Notes under the pieces: model-generated | Database searches by the model: none | Seen by the model: the letters and a program-made list of their open reading frames with translations, nothing else | Told to the model about the DNA's origin: nothing | Program-made: the position numbers and the translations under genes | Assembly: GCA_965223155.1 (NCBI GenBank) | Contig: CBDCVR010000015.1 | Coordinates: 960,001 to 1,024,000, forward strand | DNA: 64,000 nucleotides | Direction of reading: 5' to 3' | Source: Candidatus Multivoradales bacterium | GTDB lineage: Bacteria > Acidobacteriota > Thermoanaerobaculia > Multivoradales > JAHEKO01 | Shown: positions 46,675 through 58,600 of the stretch, one piece after another | Layout of the letters: each line of letters starts with the position of its first letter | Position numbering within the stretch: position 1 is the stretch's first letter

Positions 46675-48192
46675 CTACGCCTCGCTGATTTGGTATTCCT
46701 CGTAGTGCAGGGTCGCCTCGCCTTCGATCACCAGCTGATCGCCGAGCGCCTCGAGGAGCTCGTTCAGCACCTCGCTGTGCTCACCGGCGAGCGAAGCCTC
46801 GACCTCGGGGTGCACCCGCACCAGCAGCCGCCGATCCTCCAGGTGGCCGGCGCGGGTGAGGATCTCGGAACGGAGCTTGAGAGCGATCGTCGCGACCGAC
46901 TTGATCCGCCCGCTGCCCTGGCAAGTGGGACAGGGCCGGGTGAGAAGACGGCTCAGATTCTCGCGGCTGCGCTTGCGGGTGATCTCCACCAGACCGAACT
47001 CGGACAGGTTCAGGACTTGGTGCTTGGCCCGGTCCTTCTTGAGCTCCATGCGTAGAGCCTCGAAGACCCGCTCTCGATTTTCGGGCTCGGACATGTCGAT
47101 CAGGTCGACCACGATGATGCCGCTCAAGTCGCGCAGCCGGATCTGGCGCACGATCTCGACCACCGCCTCCAGATTCGTCTGAAGCACGGTCGATTCGAGA
47201 TCCTTGCGTCCCACGAAGCGGCCGGTGTTGACGTCGATCGCGACCAGGGCCTCGGTGGGATGGATGACGATGTAGCCGCCCGAGCGGAGCCAGACCTTGC
47301 TGCGCAGCGCCGCCTCGATCTCACGCTCGATGCCCAGCGCCTCGAAGAGCGAGGTGTCCTCCCGCCAGAGGCGCACTCGATCCACAAGATGCGGCGCCCG
47401 CACCGACAGGAAGGAAACGATGGCTTCATAGCTTCCGGCGCCGTCGACCAGGAGCTCCTCGATCGTGCGGGTGAAGCGGTCGCGCACGATACGCAAGGCT
47501 AAGTCTTCCTCGCCGTGGAGCAGAGCCGGAGCGGCGCTCTTGCTGGCGTCCGCGCCAATGCGGCGCCAGCGCTGGACCAGCCCCTCGAGGTCCCGCTCGA
47601 AGTCCTCCCGCCCCTTGCCGCTGCCGGCGGTGCGGACGATCAAGCCGCCCGCGGCGCCGTCCAGGGTCTCAAGAATCTCGCGCAGCCGCTCGCGCTCGCC
47701 GTCCTCTTGGATCCGACGCGAGATGCCGTGGCTCGAGACCGTCGGGGCATAAACCAGGTAGCGACCGGGCAAGGTCACCTCGGTGGTAATGCGGGCTCCC
47801 TTGTTGGGCAGTGGCGCCTTGACCACCTGCACCACCAGCTCTTCTCCGACCGACACCAACTCCTGAATGGGCGGTACGACCACCGGCGGAAATTCTTGGG
47901 TCTGGGGGTCGGCATCGGCGAGCTCGTCGCGCACGTCTAGGGCCTCGCGAATGTCTCCGGCATAAAGAAACGCGTCGCGCGCGAGGCCGATATCCACGAA
48001 CGCTGCCTGCATGCCGGGCAGGATCCTCGAGACCCGGCCCTTGTAGACGTTGCCCACGACGCTCCGGCTCCGCCGCCGCTCCAGGTGGATCTCGGTCAGG
48101 CGCCCTTCTTCGAGTACCGCCACGCGGATCTGGTGGGGATCGCTTTCGACCAGAAGCTGCTGGCCGGGTGCCGCGCGGTTAGCGGTTGACAT
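46675..48192 (-). CDS. rng: Ribonuclease G (Rne/Rng family)
   Basis: GNVYKGRVSRILPGMQAAFVDIG, IDVNTG, IRLRDLSGIIVVDLIDM, CPTCQGSG; ATG 48192 overlaps the rodA end. Confidence 0.9.
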   Translation of the reverse strand: MSTANRAAPGQQLLVESDPHQIRVAVLEEGRLTEIHLERRRSRSVVGNVYKGRVSRILPGMQAAFVDIGLARDAFLYAGDIREALDVRDELADADPQTQEFPPVVVPPIQELVSVGEELVVQVVKAPLPNKGARITTEVTLPGRYLVYAPTVSSHGISRRIQEDGERERLREILETLDGAAGGLIVRTAGSGKGREDFERDLEGLVQRWRRIGADASKSAAPALLHGEEDLALRIVRDRFTRTIEELLVDGAGSYEAIVSFLSVRAPHLVDRVRLWREDTSLFEALGIEREIEAALRSKVWLRSGGYIVIHPTEALVAIDVNTGRFVGRKDLESTVLQTNLEAVVEIVRQIRLRDLSGIIVVDLIDMSEPENRERVFEALRMELKKDRAKHQVLNLSEFGLVEITRKRSRENLSRLLTRPCPTCQGSGRIKSVATIALKLRSEILTRAGHLEDRRLLVRVHPEVEASLAGEHSEVLNELLEALGDQLVIEGEATLHYEEYQISEA

Positions 48193-49321
48193 GGCGGCGA
48201 AAGTCGATGCCCAAGAGCATTCCCACGGCGATGAAGTTGGCCACGATGAACGAGCCGCCGTAGGACAGAAAGGGCAGCGGGATGCCGGTGATCGGCAGCA
48301 GCCCGACCACCATAGCGGTGTTGTAGACAACGTGGAACGAGAACAACGACAGCAATCCCACCACCAGCAGAATGGCGGTTCGGTCCCGGGCACGAGCCGC
48401 CACCGACAAGCCGCTGGTCACGTAGATCGCGAACAGAACGAAAGCCGCAATGACCCCCATGAAGCCCCACTCCTCGGCCAGCACAGCAAAGACGAAGTCG
48501 GTATGCCGCGCGGGAAGGAAGCGCAGCTGGCTCTGGGTGCCCTGCATGTAGCCGCGGCCGGTGAGCATGCCCGAGCCGACTGCGATCTTGCTCTGCTGCA
48601 ACTGATAGCCCGCCGCCAGCGGATCGCTTCCTGGCGAGAGAAAGGTCTTGACCCGCGCTCGCTGGTAGTCGAGCATCGCGAAGTTCCAGAGCAAGGCCGC
48701 CACTAGCGCCAGGACCACCGTCGCCGCCGCCAGAACGCGCCAGCGCACGCCACCGACCAGGAGCATTCCGGCCAAGATCGGCGCGAACATGGCGGCACCG
48801 CCCAGATCGCGCTCGAGCGCCACCAGGACCATCGGCACGCCGGCGATGGCCATGGCCAAGCCGATCTGGCGCACGCCCAGGAATCGCCGGTTGATGCCGG
48901 CCAGATAGCGGGCGAGAAGCAACGCGGTCGCCAGCTTGGCGAAATCCGAGGGTTGGAGTTGAGCGGTGCCGATCCTGAGCCAGCTTCGCGCGCCGCCGGC
49001 CTCGCTGCCGACCACGAGCACCACCACCAGAAGCCCGAGAGCCGCACCATAGATCGGCACCGAGAACTTAGTCAGCACCTGATAGTCGATGCTGAAGACG
49101 ATAACGAACGCCACCAGCCCAAGACCGATGCGCAGGGCTTGGCGCGGCAGGTAGTCGACGCCCATCTCCGAGCTGGCGCTATGGATAGTCGCAAGCCCAA
49201 TGCCCGACAAGAGGAGCGCCGCCACCAGGAGCCCCCAGCGCAACCCAACCAGGTGTCTGAGCGACAGTTGCTCGTCAGGAAAGGTCGAGATGTTAGCCAG
49301 CCGTGCCGAAGTGTTTCTCAT
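48179..49321 (-). CDS. rodA: Rod shape-determining SEDS protein RodA
   Basis: GARSWL, QPSDFAK, GYQLQQSKIAVGSG, FLPARHTDF, GIPLPFLSYGGS. Start approximate. Confidence 0.93.
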   Translation of the reverse strand: MRNTSARLANISTFPDEQLSLRHLVGLRWGLLVAALLLSGIGLATIHSASSEMGVDYLPRQALRIGLGLVAFVIVFSIDYQVLTKFSVPIYGAALGLLVVVLVVGSEAGGARSWLRIGTAQLQPSDFAKLATALLLARYLAGINRRFLGVRQIGLAMAIAGVPMVLVALERDLGGAAMFAPILAGMLLVGGVRWRVLAAATVVLALVAALLWNFAMLDYQRARVKTFLSPGSDPLAAGYQLQQSKIAVGSGMLTGRGYMQGTQSQLRFLPARHTDFVFAVLAEEWGFMGVIAAFVLFAIYVTSGLSVAARARDRTAILLVVGLLSLFSFHVVYNTAMVVGLLPITGIPLPFLSYGGSFIVANFIAVGMLLGIDFRRHVNR

Positions 49322-51059
49322 AGAGAATCCGCGCCAGCGGCGCCGCCTGTTCCGAGCCCTTGCCGCCATGCTCGACGAAGACCACGACCACGAGCTCGGG
49401 GTCGTCCGAGGGCGCGTAGGACGCGAACCAGGCGTGATCGCGTTTCTCGAACGGCAGCGTGGCGCTATCGGTCCAGGTCTTTTGCTCGACGACCTGCACG
49501 GTTCCGGTCTTGCCCGAGACCTCGACCACCGGCGTCGATGCTTGGGCGCCGGTGCCCCGGTCGTTGACCACCGCCCACAGAGCCCGGCGCACGACCTCGA
49601 GCGCCACCCGATCGACCTCGACAGGCGCGGCGGGCTGGGCCGAGCCGCGCACCAGGTGAGGCGTCACCCGCTCGCCGCCGTTGGCAACAACGGCCATGAC
49701 CGAAGCCAATTGCAGCGGCGTCACCAAGAGCGGCCCCTGGCCGATGGCGACCGAGATGGTCTCGCCCGGGTACCACTTGGTCTTGCGCGCCCGCAGGCTC
49801 CAGTCCGGATCCGGCACCAGGCCGGTGCGCTCGCCCAGGAGATCCACGCCGGTCGCGGTACCCAACCCGAAGAGCCGCGCATAGCGGGCGATGGTCTCGA
49901 TGCCGAGCTTCTGACCCAGGTGGTAGAAGTAGACGTCGCACGAGAACTTGATGGCGTCGTGAAGATCGACCCAGCCGTGCCCGGCGGGCTTCCAGCACCG
50001 AAACCGTCGGTTGTAGATGCGGGTCGAGCCGGGGCAATAGTAGCGGTCGCTGGTGGTCACCGTGCCCTCGGTCAGGCCGGCGGCGGCAACGATGATCTTG
50101 AAGGTGGAACCAGGCGAGAAGAGATTCTGGACCACCCGGTTCTGGAGCGGATCGTTGGCGGCGTCGACGATGGTGCGCCACTGGCTGCGATCCAGCCGCC
50201 GGGCGAAGAGGTTGGGATCGTACGAGGGCGCCGAGACGTAGGCCAGGATCTCGCCCGAACGCGGATCCAGAGCCACGGCCGCGCCGACGCGGTCGGCAAA
50301 GTACCGCGCCGCTTCCTGCTGGAGGTCGAGATCCAAGGTGAGAGTGAGATCACGGCCGGGAGCCGCGCGGCGGCTGCCATGCTCGTCGCGTAGCCGTCCG
50401 CGACTGTCCACCACCACGACGCGCTCCCCGTCCTGACCGCGCAGCGCCTCGTCGTTGCTCTTTTCCAGACCGCGCCGGCCCACCAGGTCGCCGGCGTCGA
50501 GGGTCTCGTCTTCTGCGAGCTCGGTCTCGGTCACCTCGCCCAGGTAGCCCAGAACGTGAGCGGTCAGCGGACCGTGCCGGTAAAGCCGCACATGTCCCAC
50601 CTCGATCTCGAATTCCGGATGCTCGAAGGCTTCGACCGAAAACCGCGCTACCTGGGAAAGAGACAGATCCTCGGCCAGCAGCAGCGCCCGGAAGGGCGAC
50701 CCGCTGCGCGACCGCTCGACGACTTGGCGCAGCTCCTCGACCGGCCGGTCGAGTGCCGTGGCGGCAAAGGCCAGGCTGCCGTCGAGATCGCGCACCCGGC
50801 TCCGGTCCAGGTGCAGATCGTAACGGGGCACGTTGTCCGCCAGCAGCCGTCCCTCACGATCGAAAATCAGGCCCCGGGCGGCACGCACCGACGCCTTGCG
50901 CAGCCGGTTGTTCTCCGCCCGCTCGCGATAGTGCGAACCGTGAACCACCTGCACGAACCAGTAGAACGAGGCAATCCCGCAAACAACGACCAGGAAGGCC
51001 ACGCGCAGGCCGGGCAGGCGCCGTACCAGATCCTCCCGGTGTTCGCGTACCTCCATCAT
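49293..51059 (-). CDS. mrdA: Penicillin-binding protein 2
   Basis: RGLIFDREG, PGSTFK (SxxK), SCD, KTGT; mre operon context. Confidence 0.93.
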   Translation of the reverse strand: MMEVREHREDLVRRLPGLRVAFLVVVCGIASFYWFVQVVHGSHYRERAENNRLRKASVRAARGLIFDREGRLLADNVPRYDLHLDRSRVRDLDGSLAFAATALDRPVEELRQVVERSRSGSPFRALLLAEDLSLSQVARFSVEAFEHPEFEIEVGHVRLYRHGPLTAHVLGYLGEVTETELAEDETLDAGDLVGRRGLEKSNDEALRGQDGERVVVVDSRGRLRDEHGSRRAAPGRDLTLTLDLDLQQEAARYFADRVGAAVALDPRSGEILAYVSAPSYDPNLFARRLDRSQWRTIVDAANDPLQNRVVQNLFSPGSTFKIIVAAAGLTEGTVTTSDRYYCPGSTRIYNRRFRCWKPAGHGWVDLHDAIKFSCDVYFYHLGQKLGIETIARYARLFGLGTATGVDLLGERTGLVPDPDWSLRARKTKWYPGETISVAIGQGPLLVTPLQLASVMAVVANGGERVTPHLVRGSAQPAAPVEVDRVALEVVRRALWAVVNDRGTGAQASTPVVEVSGKTGTVQVVEQKTWTDSATLPFEKRDHAWFASYAPSDDPELVVVVFVEHGGKGSEQAAPLARILYEKHFGTAG

Positions 51060-51063
51060 CGAT

Positions 51064-51573
51064 TCAGCGCAGCTTCGCGGTCCGGTTCCGCCGCCAGGTG
51101 CCGAGCCAGAGCTTCATCCGGCCCGCCAGGAGGAAGCCGATCGCGCCCACCGCTCCGGTCAGCAATAGTTTCACGCCCGGCGCCAACGGCCCTGGCACAA
51201 AGCCCCCGGGCAGGAGCAGAAGGGACAAGGCCACCAAGACCAGCTGCTGGAGCGCCGCTCCACCGGCGAACAGCAAGAAGACGCCGCTGGAACGCTGGAT
51301 CACCAGCTTCTGGGAAGCCACCGCCGTGGCATAGCCGAGCAGCGTGTCGGCAAACCCGTGAAGCCCGAAAAGACCACCGGTCGCCGCATCCGCAGCCCAG
51401 CCGGCAACCAAACCACCGGCAAGCCCTGAGGCTGGGCGGCCGGTCAAGCCAACGAACAGGACCACCAAGAGAAAGGGATCGAGGTAGGAGGAAAGGCCCG
51501 CCACGAGGCGCTCACCCGCGAAGTGGACTCCAGTCGCCACCAGCAGCCCGACCAAGAATTCCAGGATCCTCAC
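51064..51573 (-). CDS. mreD: Rod shape-determining protein MreD
   Basis: Hydrophobic 169 aa between mreC and mrdA. Confidence 0.8.
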   Translation of the reverse strand: MRILEFLVGLLVATGVHFAGERLVAGLSSYLDPFLLVVLFVGLTGRPASGLAGGLVAGWAADAATGGLFGLHGFADTLLGYATAVASQKLVIQRSSGVFLLFAGGAALQQLVLVALSLLLLPGGFVPGPLAPGVKLLLTGAVGAIGFLLAGRMKLWLGTWRRNRTAKLR

Positions 51574-52415
51574 GACTCCTCCTCGTCGTCTTCGAGCATG
51601 AGCTCGTCCGGAAGCTCGGTCTTCTCCAGCAGGTAGACCTGATCCAGCCGTCCCAGCTCGACCGCCGGCACCAGGCGGATGCGGTGGAAGAGCTCGTCGC
51701 CGGGCTCGACCGACACCACCGTGCCGATCGGGACCCCGCGCGGGTACACGCTGTCGATGCCGGCGGTAACAATCCGGTCGCCGACGCGCACCTCTTCCTG
51801 CAGGGGCACGAAGTCGAGATCCAAGAAGCCGTCCTCGGCGCCGCGCACGATGCCCTGCCGGCGGGAGCGCTCGATCATGGCGCCGACGCTCGCGGCCCGA
51901 TCGGTGACCAGCTGGACCTTGGCGTAGCTGCCCGCCGGCACCACCACCCGGCCGACCAGGCCCGACGCCGTGACCACCGGCTGCTGACGCTCGGCGCCCT
52001 CAGGGCCCGCGTACAGCACCAAGGTCTGCTGCCACGAGCGGTAGTCGAGATGGACCACGTCGGCCACCCGCGGACGCGAGCCGCGCAGGCGCTCGTAGCG
52101 CAAGGCGCTCGAGAGCCGGCCCAGCTCGTCTTCGATGCCGAAGCTCCGCACGCGCTCGCGCCTGAGCTCGTCCACCTCGGTTCGTAGCTGCCGGTTCTCC
52201 TCCCGCAACCGGCGGCGCGACTTGAGATACTCCCGCGAATTCGACAGGCCGCCTACCGACGCCTTGACCGTGCGCGCCACCGGCGAGACCATGCGCACCA
52301 GCGCCGACTCCAGAACGCTCCGATCGGGCTCGGCCGAGCGCACCTGCGCGCTCAGCAGAAAGAGCTGAATCACGAGAGCGACCGCCAGCAGCCAGCGGGT
52401 GGTTTTCTCGTCCAC
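51570..52415 (-). CDS. mreC: Rod shape-determining protein MreC
   Basis: TM, coiled coil, GLVGRV, GDRIVTAG...YPRGVPIG. Confidence 0.92.
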   Translation of the reverse strand: MDEKTTRWLLAVALVIQLFLLSAQVRSAEPDRSVLESALVRMVSPVARTVKASVGGLSNSREYLKSRRRLREENRQLRTEVDELRRERVRSFGIEDELGRLSSALRYERLRGSRPRVADVVHLDYRSWQQTLVLYAGPEGAERQQPVVTASGLVGRVVVPAGSYAKVQLVTDRAASVGAMIERSRRQGIVRGAEDGFLDLDFVPLQEEVRVGDRIVTAGIDSVYPRGVPIGTVVSVEPGDELFHRIRLVPAVELGRLDQVYLLEKTELPDELMLEDDEEES

Positions 52416-52519
52416 GCCTCCGCCCTCGCCGGCTTAGCGCGGTCCGTGCTCTCGCCGTACGTCTCCGGGCCGCGATCCTTCGCCGGAGTACCCCGGCGAG
52501 TGGTTCGCCGCCTCGGCCG

Positions 52520-53545
<1,026 letters not shown>

Positions 53546-54763
53546 CTATCTCCCCTGTTCCTGGCCGTCCGTGCCGGACGACGTCGCGGCTTGCCGAGAA
53601 GCCAGGACCCGGAAGCGTCTAGGCGAGCTCCACGGTCCCTGCTCGCCAGCCCGATCGAACGCGGCGACCCTCCAGACGAACGCGCCCTCTCCCCGGAGCC
53701 CGACTGTGGCCAGGGTCTTGCGGCGGTTGGTGTCCTCGATCACGTTATCCACGAAAAGGCGATTGGCCGAGACCTGGAGCGCGTAGCGCTCGGCGTCTCG
53801 AACCGGACGCCAGGTCAGCTCCACTTCGCGAGCCCCGTCGAGATAGAGCTCGAGGTCGTCGGACGGACCCAGAAGCTCCGGGGCATCCGGCACCTTGCGC
53901 GGCGCCGATAGCCCCGCGCGCCGCTGAACGACCTGCTCGAGCGCGCCGACTTGACGCTCCGCCCCTCCGTCCAAGGCGGCTACCTTGAGCGCCCCGTAGA
54001 AGGCGGTGAACTTGCCCTCGCCCTTTTCCTGGTCGTACGAGACGACGGCCTCGGAGCGCTCCTGGATCTCGGCTTGGGCCTTGGGTGTGGTGACCGTGCT
54101 GGCGGCATCGGCGGTACTCAGGTTGACCCATCCCGACTCCAGCGCGATCGTCCGGCTGGACCGGCCGCTCGAAGTTCGCCGGGCTCGGCTCACAAGGACT
54201 ACAGTACCCGGCCGAACGGTAAAGAGCGTGCCGTCCACCATCATGACTTCGGCCGAGCCGCCACTCGAGGTCTTGATGTAGTCGCCAGCGTGCAGGACGG
54301 TTCGCGCCCGCGCCGGCGACCACTCGCCGCGCTCACCGCGCCGGACCTCGACGCCGCCTCGAGTCGAAATGAACTGGGCCTCGCCCGAGGGGCTCCGATT
54401 GCGCAGGGCGTCGGACACCGAACCCAGGAGCGATCGGCTGCGTTCGGCCTTGCCCAGAGCCTCGGCAAGCTCGTCCTTGTCGTAGTGCTCCCGGGCGCGG
54501 TCGAGCTCCTCCTGGGCGGTCACGAACTTCTCACGGTGGGAGGCGACACCGCGCTCACGGCGCAGGCGCTTGGCGAGAGCGTCGGCTTCCTGGATGGCAA
54601 GCGACGCTTCCCGCTCCAGCAGATGCTCGGCCAGCAGTCGGTAGCCGACGAAGCCGCCGACCACGATCGTCGCCAGGAGCAGGAACGTCGTCCAGCCACG
54701 CAGGGCATCGACCGAGATCTTGTAGTAGTACTTGGAGCTGGGCTTCCTATCCTGCGGGGGCAC
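53546..54763 (-). CDS. Membrane-anchored FecR-like domain protein with C-terminal FN3-like domain
   Basis: GGAGGT RBS before GTG 54763; TM, coiled coil, LHAGDYIKT...AEVMMVDGT, WRVAAFD...GPWS. Confidence 0.7.
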   Translation of the reverse strand: MPPQDRKPSSKYYYKISVDALRGWTTFLLLATIVVGGFVGYRLLAEHLLEREASLAIQEADALAKRLRRERGVASHREKFVTAQEELDRAREHYDKDELAEALGKAERSRSLLGSVSDALRNRSPSGEAQFISTRGGVEVRRGERGEWSPARARTVLHAGDYIKTSSGGSAEVMMVDGTLFTVRPGTVVLVSRARRTSSGRSSRTIALESGWVNLSTADAASTVTTPKAQAEIQERSEAVVSYDQEKGEGKFTAFYGALKVAALDGGAERQVGALEQVVQRRAGLSAPRKVPDAPELLGPSDDLELYLDGAREVELTWRPVRDAERYALQVSANRLFVDNVIEDTNRRKTLATVGLRGEGAFVWRVAAFDRAGEQGPWSSPRRFRVLASRQAATSSGTDGQEQGR

Positions 54764-54966
54764 CGGACCTCCGGATCTTGCGACGCTGTCAGGGAGCTGG
54801 GACCGGGTCCGTCGAGCCGGCCTCCAGGACGCGGCAATATAGCACAAAGCCAATGTTCACCGGGGTTTATGCGTCTTGCCGGTGCTCCTACCGCCTGCTA
54901 GAGTCGGCGCCTGTCTTCGGCGCCCGTCCGGGCGCGTCCGGATGGTTCCGGACGGAGGTTCCTAGC

Positions 54967-56892
54967 ATGCTGAAAGGGTTTCGCGACAATCTCAAGCGGC
55001 TCCATTGGGTCCTGTGGCTGGTCATCGCCGCCTTCATTCTGATCGAGTTCGGTATCTTCGCCGGCTCCGACCAGAGCGGCGGCGCCTCGGACACCGCGGT
55101 CTACGTTGGCGACGAGACCATCTCGTACCCGGAGTTCGAACAGGCCTACCGACGCATGGAAGGTCTCTATCGCCAGGCCTACGGCGATCGCTTCAACGCG
55201 GACTTTGCCCGCCAGATGGGACTGCCGATGCAGGTACTGGATTCGCTGGTCGCCGACCGCATCCTCCTGATGGAGGCCGAACGGCTCGAGCTGGGCGTTA
55301 CCGATACGGAACTGCGCGAGCAGATCTTGTCGCTGGAGGTCTTCCAGGAAGATGACGGCGCCTTCATCGGCCAGACCGAATACCAGCGCATCCTCAGAGC
55401 CAACGGTCTCGACGCCGATTCCTTCGAGGCAAGCGTGCGCCGCGATCTCGTCCTGGACAAGGTTCGGGGCTTGCTGGCTCGCGACTTCTACGTCTCGGAC
55501 GGCGACATCGAGACCGAGTACCGGCGTCAGGTCGAGCGCGCCTCGCTACGCTTCGTCAAGCTACCCTACGACCGGGTCGACGGAGTCGAGCTCGACGAGG
55601 CCACCCTTATCGAATATTTCGACGCCAACAAGGAAGACTTCCGCACGCCCGAGCGGCGAACCGCCGACTACCTGGTGGTCGACGTCAACCAACTCCGCAC
55701 TTCGATCGTTCTCGACGACTCCGAACTGCGCTCGTACTACGAGGCCAACAAGGCCGACTACAACCTCCCCGAACAGGTGCGGGCGCGTCACATCCTGCTC
55801 CAGGTCAACGACGAGCGCAACGCCGAGACCGCGCGCGCCCAGCTCGAAGCGGCGCGCGCCCGGATTCTGGCCGGCGAGGACTTCGGCGCTCTCGCCGAGA
55901 GCCTTTCCGAGGACCCGGGCAGCAAGACCCGGGGCGGCGACTTGGGATTCTTCGGACGCGGTGCCATGGTCCCCGCTTTCGAGGAAGCCTCCTTCGCCGC
56001 TCAACCCGGCGAGCTGGTGGGACCGGTGGCGACCGATTTCGGCCTCCATCTGATCGAGGTGCTCGAAAAGAACGTCGGAGGCCAGCAGGGCTTCGAGGAC
56101 GTCTCTGGGGCGATCCGCCAGCAGCTTCTGGCCGACAAGGCCCGGAGCGCGGCCGAAGAGAAGGCCCAGGTGCTTGCCGCCAAGGCAGCCGAGACCGGAG
56201 AGCTTTCGGCTCTAGCCGAGGAAGAGGCCGGCGTTTCGTACCAGACCGCCGAATCCTTCGGCCGCGACGACAACGTTGCCGGCATCGGCCGGGCAACTCC
56301 GTTCGCGGCCGAGGCCTTCGGGCTCGCAGCCGGTGAGGTTTCCGCGCCGGTACGGATCGCCCGCGGCTGGGCCATCCTGCGGGTGGCGGCGGTCGAGGAG
56401 CCGCGCCTGCCCGAGCTCGACGAGGTCCGGGCCGAGGTCGAAGCCGCCGCTCGCAACGCCCGGCTCCGCCAGCTCGCTGCCGAGCGGCTTGCCGCCTGGA
56501 GCGATCGAGACGAAGACGGGACCCTCGATGCTTTGGCCGAATCCCTGAATCTCGAGATCGAGGAGACCGAACCGTTCAACCGCGATGGCGCGGTCGGATC
56601 GCTGGGCCGGATCGCCGAGCTCTCGAGTGCGGCCTTCGCCGGCGAGGCAGGGGACTGGGTCGGACCGGTCGAAACCGAGACCGGCGCCGTACTCGGACGG
56701 ATCAGCGAGCGCACCCGCATGGATCCGGCGGAGTTCGAGACTGAAAAGGACGCCACGCGCCAGGCTCTGGCCTCGCGGCGGGCGACACAGCTCATCGCCT
56801 CCCTGGTCACGCAGCGGCGCGAGGAACTCGAGGTTCGCTTCGACCCGCAACTGCTCGAGAACTTCGAGATCGCCGCACCCGGCGGCGCCTGA
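54967..56892 (+). CDS. ppiD: PpiD/SurA-type periplasmic chaperone with parvulin domain
   Basis: N-terminal TM, SurA-like region, VRARHILL...SEDPGSKTRGGDLGFF...FGLHLI. Confidence 0.85.
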   Translation: MLKGFRDNLKRLHWVLWLVIAAFILIEFGIFAGSDQSGGASDTAVYVGDETISYPEFEQAYRRMEGLYRQAYGDRFNADFARQMGLPMQVLDSLVADRILLMEAERLELGVTDTELREQILSLEVFQEDDGAFIGQTEYQRILRANGLDADSFEASVRRDLVLDKVRGLLARDFYVSDGDIETEYRRQVERASLRFVKLPYDRVDGVELDEATLIEYFDANKEDFRTPERRTADYLVVDVNQLRTSIVLDDSELRSYYEANKADYNLPEQVRARHILLQVNDERNAETARAQLEAARARILAGEDFGALAESLSEDPGSKTRGGDLGFFGRGAMVPAFEEASFAAQPGELVGPVATDFGLHLIEVLEKNVGGQQGFEDVSGAIRQQLLADKARSAAEEKAQVLAAKAAETGELSALAEEEAGVSYQTAESFGRDDNVAGIGRATPFAAEAFGLAAGEVSAPVRIARGWAILRVAAVEEPRLPELDEVRAEVEAAARNARLRQLAAERLAAWSDRDEDGTLDALAESLNLEIEETEPFNRDGAVGSLGRIAELSSAAFAGEAGDWVGPVETETGAVLGRISERTRMDPAEFETEKDATRQALASRRATQLIASLVTQRREELEVRFDPQLLENFEIAAPGGA

Positions 56893-56947
56893 TCGCCGTG
56901 ACCGCCCGTGACGGAACAACCGGCCAGGGCCGTGCCAGGTTCGGGTT

Positions 56948-57541
56948 TTGATCGGCTACCTTCGCGGCAAGATCCTCGAGTCCTCACCCGAGCGCGTCCT
57001 GCTGGATGTGGGCGGCGTGGGCTACGAGCTGGCGATTCCGCTCTCGACCTACTCGGAGCTCGACCGCTCGGACAGGGCTGACGCGGTCGGGCTCTACGTC
57101 CACACTCATGTCCGGGCCGAAGCACTCGAGCTCTTCGGCTTCTGGACCCGGCGCGAACGGCACTTGTTCGAGACCCTGATCAAAATCTCCGGCGTCGGCC
57201 CCAAGCTGGCTCGCGTCATTCTTTCTGGAATGAGTACCGAGGACCTGGTGCGAGCGATCGCCGGTGAGGACGCCGCCCGGCTCGCGACCATCCCGGGCAT
57301 CGGCAAGAAGACCGCCGAGCGCATGGTCGTCGAGCTCAAGGACACGATGAGCGAGCTCGCGGCCGAGCTCCCCGGCGGCCCGCCCAGCTCGGCCGAGGAC
57401 GACCTGCTGGCGGCTTTGCTGAACCTCGGCTACCGGGCGTCCGAAGCCGAGAAGGCCCTCGTCCAAGCCCGCGCCGAGCATCCCGAGGGCACCTTTGAAG
57501 AGCTCCTCCGTGCCAGCCTGCGACCCCTGGCCGGAGGCTAG
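56948..57541 (+). CDS. ruvA: Holliday junction DNA-binding subunit
   Basis: MIGYLRG, GVGYEL, ISGVGPKLA, IPGIGKKTAER, ALLNLGY. Confidence 0.96.
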   Translation: MIGYLRGKILESSPERVLLDVGGVGYELAIPLSTYSELDRSDRADAVGLYVHTHVRAEALELFGFWTRRERHLFETLIKISGVGPKLARVILSGMSTEDLVRAIAGEDAARLATIPGIGKKTAERMVVELKDTMSELAAELPGGPPSSAEDDLLAALLNLGYRASEAEKALVQARAEHPEGTFEELLRASLRPLAGG

Positions 57542-57566
57542 CGGCCCCGCCGTACAATAGCTTTCG

Positions 57567-58592
57567 ATGGTCGACGACAGAGCGCTCCTTTCGGGCAACC
57601 CCGACTCCGAGGATCTCGGCGTCGAGGTCTCGCTCCGGCCCCGCTCGCTCGAGGACTACGTCGGCCAGGAACGAGTCGTGCGCAAGATGCGCGTCTTCCT
57701 CGAGGCCGCCCGCGGCCGCGGCGAGGCGCTCGACCACGTCCTGCTCTTCGGCCCGCCCGGACTCGGCAAGACCACCCTGGCCCACATCGTCGCCGCCGAG
57801 ATGGGGACCTCGATCCGCACCACCTCGGGACCGGTACTGGAACGAGCCGCCGATCTCGCCGCCATCCTCACCAACCTGGAGCGGGGCGAGGTTCTCTTCA
57901 TCGACGAGATCCACCGCCTGGGGCCGACCGTCGAAGAGATCCTCTACCCCGCGCTCGAGGACTACGCCCTGGATCTGGTCATCGGGCAGGGGCCGGCCGC
58001 GCGCACCATGCGTCTCGAGCTGCCGCCCTTCACCCTGGTCGGCGCCACCACCCGTGCCGGCCTGATCACGGCGCCGCTCCGCGCTCGCTTCGGCATCGTT
58101 CACCGCCTGGACTTCTACGCACCAGCCGAGCTGGGCCGGATCGTGCGCCGCTCCGGGCGGCTTCTCGACATCGAGGTCGACCAGGAAGGCTCGGAGGAGA
58201 TCGCCCGCCGGAGCCGGGGCACCCCCAGAATCGCCAACCGGCTGTTGCGCCGGGTGCGCGACTACGCCCAGGTGCACGGCTCGGGACACATCGACCGGGA
58301 CGCCGCCGAGAAGGCGCTCGAGCTCCTGGAGGTCGACGAGTACGGCTTCGATGAGGTGGACCGGAAGATCCTGGCGTCGCTTATCGAGCAGTACCAAGGC
58401 GGACCGGCCGGTATCCAGGCCCTGGCCGCCTCGATCGGCGAGGACCGCGGCACTCTCGAGGATCTGTACGAGCCGTACTTGATCCAAGAAGGCTTCCTGC
58501 AGCGAACACCGCGAGGCCGCGTAGCCACTCGCAGGGCCTACGAGCATCTGGGTATCGATCCGCCCGCGGGCTCGGTCGGCTCGCTGTTCTGA
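57567..58592 (+). CDS. ruvB: Holliday junction branch-migration ATPase
   Basis: LRP...[34 protein letters not shown]. Confidence 0.97.
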   Translation: MVDDRALLSGNPDSEDLGVEVSLRPRSLEDYVGQERVVRKMRVFLEAARGRGEALDHVLLFGPPGLGKTTLAHIVAAEMGTSIRTTSGPVLERAADLAAILTNLERGEVLFIDEIHRLGPTVEEILYPALEDYALDLVIGQGPAARTMRLELPPFTLVGATTRAGLITAPLRARFGIVHRLDFYAPAELGRIVRRSGRLLDIEVDQEGSEEIARRSRGTPRIANRLLRRVRDYAQVHGSGHIDRDAAEKALELLEVDEYGFDEVDRKILASLIEQYQGGPAGIQALAASIGEDRGTLEDLYEPYLIQEGFLQRTPRGRVATRRAYEHLGIDPPAGSVGSLF

Positions 58593-58600
58593 GCGCGGCG

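Noticed and set aside
56923-56937. TGGCACGGCCCTGGC sigma54-like motif on the minus strand
   Set aside because: It points antisense into ppiD with no gene to drive; likely chance in GC-rich DNA.
56948-58592. ruvC missing next to ruvAB
   Set aside because: ruvC is often encoded elsewhere; this cannot be judged from one window.
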